64,000 bases of DNA from Thermoanaerobaculia bacterium (GTDB taxonomy: Bacteria; Acidobacteriota; Thermoanaerobaculia; Multivoradales; Multivoraceae): contig OY762911.1 in NCBI GenBank assembly GCA_963666565.1, positions 4,064,001 through 4,128,000 of the forward strand, in the 5' to 3' direction. Below are positions 38,920 through 47,487 of this stretch, piece after piece (the first letter of the stretch is position 1; each line of letters opens with the position of its first letter). Under the pieces are notes generated by a model. That model had not been told where the DNA came from. It ran no database searches and worked only from the letters and a program-made list of their open reading frames with translations. Both the position numbers and the translations under genes were made by a program.

Positions 38920-41900
38920 ATGAACAGAAAGAGGACCATGAACATCCTGCAAGCCCGAACCATCTGCGGTTTGGCCGCCTTCGCCGCGGCAACCGCCCTT
39001 CACGCGGTCGACGTGACCGACACACGGCTGCTGTCCCAGCCCGCCGTCAGCGCCGACCACGTGGCGTTCGCCTACGCCGGCGACCTGTGGATCGCCGGCC
39101 GCGACGGCTCGGGAGCGCGCCGCCTGACCTCGCACGAAGGGACGGAGACCGGTCCCCGCTTCTCCCCCGACGGCACTCTGGTCGCCTTCAGCGCCGAGTA
39201 CGACGGCAACGTCGACGTCTTCGTCATGCCCGCCGCGGGCGGCGAACCGAAGCGGCTCACCTGGCACCCGGGCGCCGACCTGGTTCAGGGCTTCACCGTC
39301 GACGGTTCGGCCGTGCTGTTCGCCTCCCAGCGCAGCATGTTCACGAACCGCCACTTCCAGCTCTTCACCGTGCCGCTTGACGGCGGGTTGCCCGCGAAAC
39401 TGCCGATCCCGCACGGGTTGCGCGCCAGCTACTCGCCCGACGGCAGCCGCATCGCCTACATCCCGACGCCCGAGCGCTTCGAGCAGTGGAAGAACTACCG
39501 CGGCGGCACGACCTCGCGCATCTGGATCTACGACACCGGCGATCACTCGGTGCAGACGATCCCCCAGCCCGAAGGCCGCTCCAACGACACGGACCCGACC
39601 TGGATCGGCGCCCGGGTCTTCTTCCGTTCCGACCGGGACGGCGAGTTCAACCTCTACTCCTTCGACACGGGCAGCGGCGAGATCGTCCGGCACTCGGATT
39701 TCGAGGACTTCCACGTCGAGGACCTCTCGGGATCCGCCGACACGGTGATCTACGAGCAGGCCGGCTACCTGCACGTCTACGATCCGGCCTCGGACCGCCA
39801 TGAGCGCCTGCGGATCGGCGTCGCGGCCGACCTGACCGAGACCCGGCCCCGCTGGGTCGAGGGGCCGGAGAACATCCGCGGCGCGTCCATCTCGCCGTCC
39901 GGCGCCCGGGCGGTGTTCGACTACCGCGGCGAGATCCTCACGCTGCCGGCCAAGAAGGGCGACGCCCGCAACCTGACCCGGACGCCGGGCGTTCACGAGC
40001 GCGATCCGGCCTGGTCGCCCGACGGCGGAAGCATCGCCTTCTTCTCGGACCAGGGCGGCGAGTACGGGCTCCACGTCCGCGACCAGGAGAGCGGCGACGT
40101 TCGGCGCTACGAGCTGGGCGGCGAACGCGGCGGCAACGGCTTCTACCACTCCCCCGAGTGGTCCCCCGACGGCGAGAGGATCAGCTACGTCGACAACTCG
40201 ATGACGCTGTTCGTCATCGATCTCGACAGCGGCGACGTGGCGAAGGTGGCGAGCGAGTACTACTACGGCCCCTCCTTCCCGCCCCGGCCCGGCCACTCCT
40301 GGGCGCCGGACTCGCGCTACGTCGCCTACACGTTGAACACCCGCTCCTACATGCAGCAGGTCTTCGTCTACGACGTGGAATCAGAGACATCCCACCCCGT
40401 GACCGACGGGCTGAGCGAGGTCGGCGAGCCCGTCTTCGACCGGAGCGGCGACTACCTGTACTTCCGCGCCTCGACCGACGCCGGACCGGTGAAGCACTGG
40501 TTCGCCATGTCGAACGCGGACATGGAACTGTCGAGCGCGATCTACGTCGCGGTACTGCGCCGGGACGGCGAGTCGCCGCTTGCCGCCGAGAGCGACGAGG
40601 AGGCCGTCGAGTCCGATGGCGGAGACGAGGCCGATGGAGGCGACGAGAGCGGCGAGGAAGCCGGCGGCGCCGAGGAAGCGGACGGCGGCGAGGCCGACGG
40701 CGACGGCGACGGCAGCGACGGCGACGAACCGCGAGTCGAGATCGACTTCGAGGGACTGAACCAGCGCATCCTGGCGCTACCGGTCCAGGCCGGCGGCTAC
40801 GGCAACCTGGAAGCCGGCGAAGCGGGCAAGCTCTACTACCTCCGCTCGCAGCCCGCGGGCCGGTTCGGCGGGGACGGCGGCGATCTCGTCCTCTTCAATC
40901 TGGAGGATCGCGAGGAAACGGTGCTGCTCTCCGGCGTCGGCGGATTCTCGCTGAGCGCCGACGGCAAGAAGCTGCTCTACGCCGGCCGGAACGACTTCGG
41001 CATCGCGAACGCCGGCGGCAAGATCGACCGCGGAGAGAGCGCGATCCCGGTCGACAAGCTGACCGTACGCATCGATCCGCGGGCCGAGTGGAAACAGATC
41101 TACGACGAGGTCTGGCGGATCAACCGCGACTACTTCTACGACCCCGGCATGCACGGGGCCGACTGGCCGGCGATGGCCGAGAAGTACAGCGGCTTCCTGG
41201 CCGACGTCGCCACCCGGGCCGACCTGAACAAGGTGCTGCGCTGGATGTGCAGCGAGATCGCCGTGGGCCACCACCGGGTCGGCGGCGGCGACCGGCGGGC
41301 CGACCCGGAACGCGTCGGCGGCGGGCTGCTCGGCGCCGACTTCGAGATCGCGGACGGCCGGTACCGCTTCGCCCACGTCCTGGGCGGCCTGAACTGGAAC
41401 CCGGAACTGCGGGCGCCGCTCACCGAGCCGGGCGTCTCCGTCACGGCCGGCGAGTACCTGCTCGCCGTGAACGGCGTCGACCTCGACGCCTCGGGCAACG
41501 TCTTCGAGCGCTTCGAGAACACCGCCGGCAAGATCACGGACATCACGGTCGGTCCGAACGCGGACGGTTCGGGTTCGCGCACCGTGTCCGTGGTCCCGAT
41601 CCCGAACGAGTCGGCGCTCCGCAACCGCGAGTGGGTCGAGGGCAACCTCGCCAAGGTCGACGAGGCGACCGACGGCCGGGTCGCCTACGTCTACGTGCCG
41701 AACACGACCACCCTCGGCCACACCTACTTCAAGCGCTACTTCTTCCCGCAGGTCCACAAGCAGGCCCTGATCGTCGACGAGCGCTTCAACGGCGGCGGCC
41801 AGGTCGCGGACTACTACATCGACCACCTGCGGCGCCCGTACATCAGCCACTGGGCGACCCGCTACGGCGCGGACTTCCGCACGCCGAGCGCGGCGATCCT

Positions 41901-42279
41901 TGGGCCGAAGGTCATGATCATCGACGAGACGGCCGGCTCCGGCGGCGACCTGCTGCCGTGGATGTTCCGCAAGCTGGGCCTCGGGCCGCTGGTCGGCAAG
42001 CGAACCTGGGGCGGCCTGGTCGGAACGCTCGGTTTCCCGGTGCTCATGGACGGCGGCTTCGTTACCGCCCCGAACCTCGCGATCTGGACCGAGGACGGTT
42101 TCGTCGTCGAGAACGTCGGCGTGCCGCCCGACGTGGACGTCGAGCAGTGGCCCGCCGACATCGTCGCCGGCCGCGACCCGCAGCTCGAGAAGGCGATCGA
42201 GATCGTCCTGGAGCAACTGGAAGCGAACCCGCCCGCCGAACCCGTGAAGCCGCCCTTCCCGATCCGCGTCCGCCGCTAG
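38920..42279 (+). CDS. tricorn-like S41 protease (beta-propellers + PDZ)
   Basis: PD40-type repeats, WKNYRGG, DERFNGGG, AGSGGD, GKRTWGG, ENVGVPPD, DPQLEKAI; start could be 38938. Confidence 0.95.
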   Translation: MNRKRTMNILQARTICGLAAFAAATALHAVDVTDTRLLSQPAVSADHVAFAYAGDLWIAGRDGSGARRLTSHEGTETGPRFSPDGTLVAFSAEYDGNVDVFVMPAAGGEPKRLTWHPGADLVQGFTVDGSAVLFASQRSMFTNRHFQLFTVPLDGGLPAKLPIPHGLRASYSPDGSRIAYIPTPERFEQWKNYRGGTTSRIWIYDTGDHSVQTIPQPEGRSNDTDPTWIGARVFFRSDRDGEFNLYSFDTGSGEIVRHSDFEDFHVEDLSGSADTVIYEQAGYLHVYDPASDRHERLRIGVAADLTETRPRWVEGPENIRGASISPSGARAVFDYRGEILTLPAKKGDARNLTRTPGVHERDPAWSPDGGSIAFFSDQGGEYGLHVRDQESGDVRRYELGGERGGNGFYHSPEWSPDGERISYVDNSMTLFVIDLDSGDVAKVASEYYYGPSFPPRPGHSWAPDSRYVAYTLNTRSYMQQVFVYDVESETSHPVTDGLSEVGEPVFDRSGDYLYFRASTDAGPVKHWFAMSNADMELSSAIYVAVLRRDGESPLAAESDEEAVESDGGDEADGGDESGEEAGGAEEADGGEADGDGDGSDGDEPRVEIDFEGLNQRILALPVQAGGYGNLEAGEAGKLYYLRSQPAGRFGGDGGDLVLFNLEDREETVLLSGVGGFSLSADGKKLLYAGRNDFGIANAGGKIDRGESAIPVDKLTVRIDPRAEWKQIYDEVWRINRDYFYDPGMHGADWPAMAEKYSGFLADVATRADLNKVLRWMCSEIAVGHHRVGGGDRRADPERVGGGLLGADFEIADGRYRFAHVLGGLNWNPELRAPLTEPGVSVTAGEYLLAVNGVDLDASGNVFERFENTAGKITDITVGPNADGSGSRTVSVVPIPNESALRNREWVEGNLAKVDEATDGRVAYVYVPNTTTLGHTYFKRYFFPQVHKQALIVDERFNGGGQVADYYIDHLRRPYISHWATRYGADFRTPSAAILGPKVMIIDETAGSGGDLLPWMFRKLGLGPLVGKRTWGGLVGTLGFPVLMDGGFVTAPNLAIWTEDGFVVENVGVPPDVDVEQWPADIVAGRDPQLEKAIEIVLEQLEANPPAEPVKPPFPIRVRR

Positions 42280-42291
42280 CACCAGTTTCCA

Positions 42292-42431
42292 CTGGGTGCG
42301 CGGGTCTTCTGACCCGCTGCCGCCGAAGGCGGCGGTTGGCAGCGCCGCCGGCCTTTGGCCGGCGACCTTGTTGTCCGGGCTGCGCCGCTCCGCGGCTTCG
42401 CCCGCGAGCGGGTCGGAAGACCCGCGCACCC
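42292..42431. repeat. composite inverted REP pair
   Basis: Same organisation and spacer as 27674-27816. Confidence 0.82.
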
Positions 42432-42461
42432 GGCTTCGGATTGGCTAGGGTCTGCACCCGC

Positions 42462-43268
42462 ATGGACCTCTCCTTCCTGCTTCCACGCCTCCGCGCCGAG
42501 TGGCGCAAACGCACCGGCCGCGAGCTCACGGCCGCCGACATCCACCCGCGCTTCCGCAACCGGGAACGGCACTTCCGCGCGCCGCCGATGACGGCGGAGA
42601 TGGTGGCGGCGATCTCCCGCCTCTCGCCCCAGTTTCACCTCGAACCCGGCGAATCGTCGCGGGCTTTCTGGGAGCTGACCCAGAACGGCTCCTGCTGGGG
42701 CGAGTTCGACGCCGTCGAGGCGATCCTCCGCGCCATGCCCCAGCCGGCGAAGGCGCTCGACATCGGCTGCGGCCTCGGCCGCTCGACCGCCTTCTTCCGG
42801 CGCGCCCTCGGCTGGAACGACACCGAGTTCCACCTCTACGACGGCGACGGCCCGCGCATCGACTATCCGCGCAGCGGGGAACGCACCGACCGCTCCTTCT
42901 GCGGCGACCTCACGACGCTGCGCCAGGTGCTGGAGCACAACGAGGTGCCGAACTTCCGCATCCTCGACGCCCACGATCTCGACCACCGCCTGGACGCCCT
43001 GCCAGGCCCCTACGACCTCGTGTACTCCTTCTACGCGGCGGGCTTCCACTGGTCGCTGGCCGACTTCTGGAGCGAGTTCGAGGCCATCTCGCACAGCCGG
43101 ACGGTCGGCATCTTCACGATCCACCGCAACTTCGAGGAGTTCCCGGCGCTACGGAACTGGGCGTTCCGGATCGTCCCCTTCGAGCGCAGCCTGATCAAGG
43201 ACCTGCCGCACCGGCTGCTGATCGCGTCCCGCCACGAAGAGCGCCCGCGCTCCCCGGACACCGGCTGA
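42462..43268 (+). CDS. class I SAM-dependent methyltransferase-like protein
   Basis: MDLSFLLPR..., ALDIGCGLGR, YDLVYS; hidden at the end of the long spurious ORF 40158-43268. Confidence 0.78.
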   Translation: MDLSFLLPRLRAEWRKRTGRELTAADIHPRFRNRERHFRAPPMTAEMVAAISRLSPQFHLEPGESSRAFWELTQNGSCWGEFDAVEAILRAMPQPAKALDIGCGLGRSTAFFRRALGWNDTEFHLYDGDGPRIDYPRSGERTDRSFCGDLTTLRQVLEHNEVPNFRILDAHDLDHRLDALPGPYDLVYSFYAAGFHWSLADFWSEFEAISHSRTVGIFTIHRNFEEFPALRNWAFRIVPFERSLIKDLPHRLLIASRHEERPRSPDTG

Positions 43269-43377
43269 CCGAACCGAGCGTGCTGGTGCGTCGGCCTGCC
43301 GACCAGCCTCCGTGCCGCCCAAGGCGGCAAGGCGCTAGGCTAGGTGCACGCCACAAACAGCCAAGGGAGGGAACGCG

Positions 43378-43785
43378 ATGCTCAACTCGCTCAAGAACTG
43401 CCAGCCCCAGACGTACGCCGCCCTGCGGATCGTCGCCGGCTTCCTGTTTCTCTGGCACGGAGCGCAGAAGCTGCTCGGCTTTCCCCTCCCGACACCCGAA
43501 GTCCCGAGCTTCATCCTCTACATCGCCGGGCCGATCGAGCTGATCGGCGGCGCGCTGATCATGGTCGGTCTGTTCACGCGCCCCGTCGCCTTCCTCGCCA
43601 GCGGCCTGATGGCCTTCGCCTACTTCATCGGCCACGTGTTCCGGCCGGTCGAAGACCCCGGCATCTGGCACTACCTGCTGCCGCTGGTGAACCGCGGCGA
43701 AGCCGCCGCGCTCTTCTGCTTCATCTTCCTCTTCATCGCCGCCAAGGGCAACGGCATGTGCAGCCTCGGCGGCGACGAGGACTGA
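43378..43785 (+). CDS. DoxX-family membrane protein
   Basis: LRIVAGFLFLWHGAQKL, ELIGG.LI..GLFTRP.AFL.SG.MA.AYF..H, NRGE. Confidence 0.92.
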   Translation: MLNSLKNCQPQTYAALRIVAGFLFLWHGAQKLLGFPLPTPEVPSFILYIAGPIELIGGALIMVGLFTRPVAFLASGLMAFAYFIGHVFRPVEDPGIWHYLLPLVNRGEAAALFCFIFLFIAAKGNGMCSLGGDED

Positions 43786-43801
43786 AGCAGGCACCAGCGG
43801 T

Positions 43802-44299
43802 CTACTTCTCGCCCGCCGCCGCCAGCACCTTCGCCACGAGCGCCGGTGCCAGCCGGTAACCCGCATCGGAAAGCGCTCGCAGCAACGGACCCACCGCCTT
43901 CAACTCCTGTCGGTTCTTCGCCGCCAGGAGTACGCCGGCCACGCCCGCTACCGGCACTCCTCGGCTGCGAGCGACCCTCCGGCCCCTCGCGCCGTCGATG
44001 AGCAGAAGGCGGGACTGCCGCTGCTCGGCGAGGGCTATCGCTTCCGCTTCACCTTCACCGAGCAGCCCGAGAAGATCCTGAAGACCAGCCCCGTCGCGAG
44101 TAGCCTCGACCACGATCCAGCCGGCGTCCAACGCACCCTCCAAGGTACTCGCTCCAGGGCGGCCAGAGCCGATCGCCAGTTCGCGCTCGACTGCGGGCGG
44201 CACGGCAACCCGTCCGTACAGCCGCCGAAGCAGATCGAGCTCGCCGATCCGCGCAAGCGCGATGAGCGGACCGGTGTCCGCCACAACCGCCCCACTCAC
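43802..44299 (-). CDS. DUF3368-containing PIN-domain protein (putative toxin)
   Basis: VVADTGPLIALARIGELDLL, VP.AV..EL, GEAEAIALA, G..GVLL.AK. Confidence 0.85.
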   Translation of the reverse strand: MSGAVVADTGPLIALARIGELDLLRRLYGRVAVPPAVERELAIGSGRPGASTLEGALDAGWIVVEATRDGAGLQDLLGLLGEGEAEAIALAEQRQSRLLLIDGARGRRVARSRGVPVAGVAGVLLAAKNRQELKAVGPLLRALSDAGYRLAPALVAKVLAAAGEK

Positions 44300-44628
44300 C
44301 CGGCTGCAGCGATCTCCTGATCCACCTCTTCGGGCGGATAGTCGACCGCGGCGATCCCCGCCTCGCCCAGTAGAGCGAGGAAGTCCTCGGTCATCATCCC
44401 GGCGACCTTGGCGGCCTGGGTGAGGGAGAGATGGCGACGCTCGAACAGATGCAACGCCAGAGCACGGTGGGCGCCGTGGTCGAGAAGACGTTCATCGAAC
44501 GGCACCGCGAGAATCGCCGGCCGCCCATGCTTGGTGACGATCGCGAGCTGGCCCTCCTCAGCGCCTCGCAGCAGTTCCCCCGAACGCTGTCGCAGATCCC
44601 GTACGCTGAAGATACCGAGTGCCGTCAT
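44296..44628 (-). CDS. Phd-like + UPF0175 antitoxin
   Basis: FSVRDLR..SGELL...VTKHGRP followed by AL.LF....LSL.QAAK.AGM...DFL..L. Confidence 0.8.
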   Translation of the reverse strand: MTALGIFSVRDLRQRSGELLRGAEEGQLAIVTKHGRPAILAVPFDERLLDHGAHRALALHLFERRHLSLTQAAKVAGMMTEDFLALLGEAGIAAVDYPPEEVDQEIAAAG

Positions 44629-44744
44629 TGCCAGCTCGCCGTTGTGCCCACAAACCGTAGCACAAATTGCGGAGCCGGGAACGAACGACTTCGCCAGAGC
44701 GGAGCCGGCCTGACGGCCGGCGCGTTCCCTGGCTGTCTTCGGAG

Positions 44745-44937
44745 GCGGGTCAGAAGACCCGCGAACCCAGCGGCGGGTCAGAAGACCCGCGCACCCAGTG
44801 GCGGGTCGGAAGACCCGCGCACCCAGCGGCGGGTCGGAAGACCCGCGAACCCAGCGGCGGGGCGGAAGACCCGCGAACCCAGCGGCGGGTCAGAAGACCC
44901 GCGCACCCAGCGGCGGGTCGGAAGACCCGCGCACCCA
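44745..44937 (+). repeat. tandem array of 7 x 28-bp REP-like units
   Basis: GCGGGTC(A/G)GAAGACCCGCG(C/A)ACCCAG(C/T)G with period 28, starting at 44745, 44773, 44801, 44829, 44857, 44885 and 44913. Confidence 0.92.
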
Positions 44938-44950
44938 AGGGACCGAGCCC

Positions 44951-45721
44951 TCAGCTCACGGCGAAGATGCCGCCGTCGACCGGGATGGCGGCGCCGGTGA
45001 CGTAGGCCGCGGCGCGGGAGGCCAGGTAGATCGAGACGCCGGCCATGTCTTCCGGCGTGCCGATGCGCTTGCGGGGGTTACGGGCGCGGATCTCGTCGCC
45101 GAACTTCCTGAGGTTGTACTCCATCATCTTGCTCTCGAACGGCCCGGGGCACACCGCGTTGACCGTGATGTCCTCGGGCGCCAGTCGCCGCGCGAGGGCC
45201 CGGGTCAGGTGGATCATGCCGGCCTTGCTGGCGCTGTAGGGATAGTGCTCCTGCGGGTTGACGTGCAGGCCGTCGATCGAGGCGACGTTGATGACCCGCG
45301 CCGGGTCGTCCTCCGTGGCGGCGGCGCGCAGTTCGGGAAGCAGCCGCACAGTGAGGTAGAACGGACCCTTCAGGTTGATGTCCATCACCTTGTCCCAGCC
45401 GGACTCGGGGAACTCCTCGAGCGGCGCTCCCCAGGCGGCGCCGGCGTTGTTGACGAGGATGTGGAGCTGCTCTTCGCGCTCCCGGAACTCGCCGCGGAAG
45501 CGCTCGACGCCCTCGATCGTCGACAGGTCGTTCGGCAGCGAGATGCACTCGCCGTACTCGCTCAGTTCCTCGGCCATCGCGTCGCAGACCGGCGCCTTGC
45601 GCGAACTGATGTAGGTGCGCACGCCGTTCTCCACGTAGCCGCGGGCGATCATCGCGCCGATGCCGCGGGAGCCCCCGGTGACCACCGCCACCTTGCCGGA
45701 CACGTCGAACAGGTTCTTCAT
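44951..45721 (-). CDS. classical short-chain dehydrogenase/reductase
   Basis: TGGSRGIG, NNAG, YSASK, VDGG. Confidence 0.93.
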   Translation of the reverse strand: MKNLFDVSGKVAVVTGGSRGIGAMIARGYVENGVRTYISSRKAPVCDAMAEELSEYGECISLPNDLSTIEGVERFRGEFREREEQLHILVNNAGAAWGAPLEEFPESGWDKVMDINLKGPFYLTVRLLPELRAAATEDDPARVINVASIDGLHVNPQEHYPYSASKAGMIHLTRALARRLAPEDITVNAVCPGPFESKMMEYNLRKFGDEIRARNPRKRIGTPEDMAGVSIYLASRAAAYVTGAAIPVDGGIFAVS

Positions 45722-45723
45722 CG

Positions 45724-47487
45724 CTAACCCCCCACGGTCAGGGCGTCGGTCAGCACGGACCCGGACCGCGCCGCCTGATCCCATAGTCCAAGAGCGATCC
45801 GCTGCCGCCCTTCGGGCAGGCGGATTCTGATCCCCGCGCGATAGTGGCTCTCCAACGCCTCCGCCAGAGCGTCGGCGGGCACCTCGAGCGGCACCTCCAG
45901 ATGCTGCGCCGCGGTCAACTCGTCGTCGTCGTCCATCGCCACGACGACCAGCCGCGTCGCGGAGCGGTGAACGCCGTCGACCTGCACCAGCTCGACGTTG
46001 GCGATCGGAAACTCGATCCACATCTGCACGTCGTACAGGTCCGCGCCCTCGACCGGCATGATCGCGTCGACGTTGACCTCCATCCGGTGCGGGTTGTCGC
46101 TCTCGCCGACGTAGGCGGCCGCCAGCGCCCGCTCCGAGATACGCGAACGGACCCCTTTCTTGACGTAGCTCCGCCGGTAGTCGGCCGAAGCGCCCCTCAC
46201 ACCGCGGACCCGCACCTCGATCGACGTGAACTCGCCCTCGACCTTGTTCGCCGAAGAGAGCCCGAGCGAGTAGTACGACTGCATGCCGCCGACCGCCTGG
46301 GCCAGCACGCCGGTCAGACTCCCGCCGCCGGTGCGGCCGAACCCGCCGGTCCCTTCGGCCAGGTTGTGAAGCGCTTCCCGGCGGTCCGAGACCTCCAGCA
46401 ACGCGCCGCGCCCCCTGGAGCGCCTGGCGCTCGTCGCGGCGTCGCCCGGCGGCGGCTTGGCCGCGAACAGCGTGACGCCGTAGGTGTTCGCCTCGGCCAC
46501 GATCGCCTGAATCGTCCCGGTCGCCCGGTACTGCTCGACCTCCTGCTGCAGGCGGCCGACCTCCATGCTCGCGTCGCGGTCGAAGACGCCGCCCGTACCG
46601 GGCGTGCCGCCCGCCTGACCGCCGCCCGCCCTCTCGACCAGGGCGCCAGCGTCGCTGGCGCCACCGGTGAGCAGATCCTGGACGTGCTCCATCAGAGTGC
46701 CGAGGGGCCGCTCCGCCACGCCGTCCGACACGAAGACCAGCGCCTTGCGGCCCTCGAGCCAGGCGAGCGTGCGCACGAAGTTCCCGAGCGCTTCGAAGCT
46801 GGCCTCCGAATCGTTGTACACCTCGCGAGCGTAGGTCCTCATCTCGCCCAACAGGGCGTCGATCGCGAGGCCCGCGTTCTGGCGGTCGAGCCGGTCGCGG
46901 CTGCGCATCCGGTGGAAGATGTCCGTGACGGAAAGTTGAGCGCTCTGCCGGAGGCCGTCCCTCTGGTCGCCGACCGTTTCCTGACCCTTCAGACCGTTCA
47001 GGGCGGCCCGGATCGACCCCCAGTTCCGGGTGAAGCCCTGGAGCACGCGCGGCTCCTGGTCGTGCGCGGCGACCATGATCCGCACTCGGCGATCCTCGAG
47101 CACCGTCGGCAGGTCGACCTCCAGTTCCGCCAGCGCCCGGTCGCGGTTCGCGGACAGCATGTTGTGCTGATCGAAGTAGAGGACGAGCCAGATCGGCGCG
47201 TTCGCGTCCGGATCTTCCCGGACGACTTCGTAAAAGTTCACCGGTTGGACCCGTTCGTCGTTCTCAAACACCTGGAAGTTGGCGAGCTCGAGCCCGGTGA
47301 CGGGCGCGCCCTGCCGATCGGTGACGTGGACGTCGATGTTGACGACCTCGACGTCGACGGTGTCCTGGATGACCCCGGCGGCGGGCTCAGCCTGTAGCTG
47401 GGCGGCGACGGCCGGCGCCGCGACCAGTAGCGACGCCATGGACCAGAAAGCCAGGGAAAGAGAAACGAGGCTGATTCTGCATCTCAT
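45724..47487 (-). CDS. acidobacterial VWA-related secreted protein
   Basis: V.VVNIDVHVTDRQG.PV.GL...NFQVFE, GRKALVFVSDG, LAEGTGG, YYSLG. Confidence 0.85.
   Translation of the reverse strand: MRCRISLVSLSLAFWSMASLLVAAPAVAAQLQAEPAAGVIQDTVDVEVVNIDVHVTDRQGAPVTGLELANFQVFENDERVQPVNFYEVVREDPDANAPIWLVLYFDQHNMLSANRDRALAELEVDLPTVLEDRRVRIMVAAHDQEPRVLQGFTRNWGSIRAALNGLKGQETVGDQRDGLRQSAQLSVTDIFHRMRSRDRLDRQNAGLAIDALLGEMRTYAREVYNDSEASFEALGNFVRTLAWLEGRKALVFVSDGVAERPLGTLMEHVQDLLTGGASDAGALVERAGGGQAGGTPGTGGVFDRDASMEVGRLQQEVEQYRATGTIQAIVAEANTYGVTLFAAKPPPGDAATSARRSRGRGALLEVSDRREALHNLAEGTGGFGRTGGGSLTGVLAQAVGGMQSYYSLGLSSANKVEGEFTSIEVRVRGVRGASADYRRSYVKKGVRSRISERALAAAYVGESDNPHRMEVNVDAIMPVEGADLYDVQMWIEFPIANVELVQVDGVHRSATRLVVVAMDDDDELTAAQHLEVPLEVPADALAEALESHYRAGIRIRLPEGRQRIALGLWDQAARSGSVLTDALTVGG

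Noticed and set aside
40590-40730. Acidic D/E/G repeat region in the tricorn protease
   Set aside because: A variable low-complexity linker at this position is common in bacterial tricorn homologs.
44745-44937. CRISPR array
   Set aside because: The 28-bp units are directly adjacent with no unique spacers, there are no cas genes, and the same unit is dispersed as a REP.
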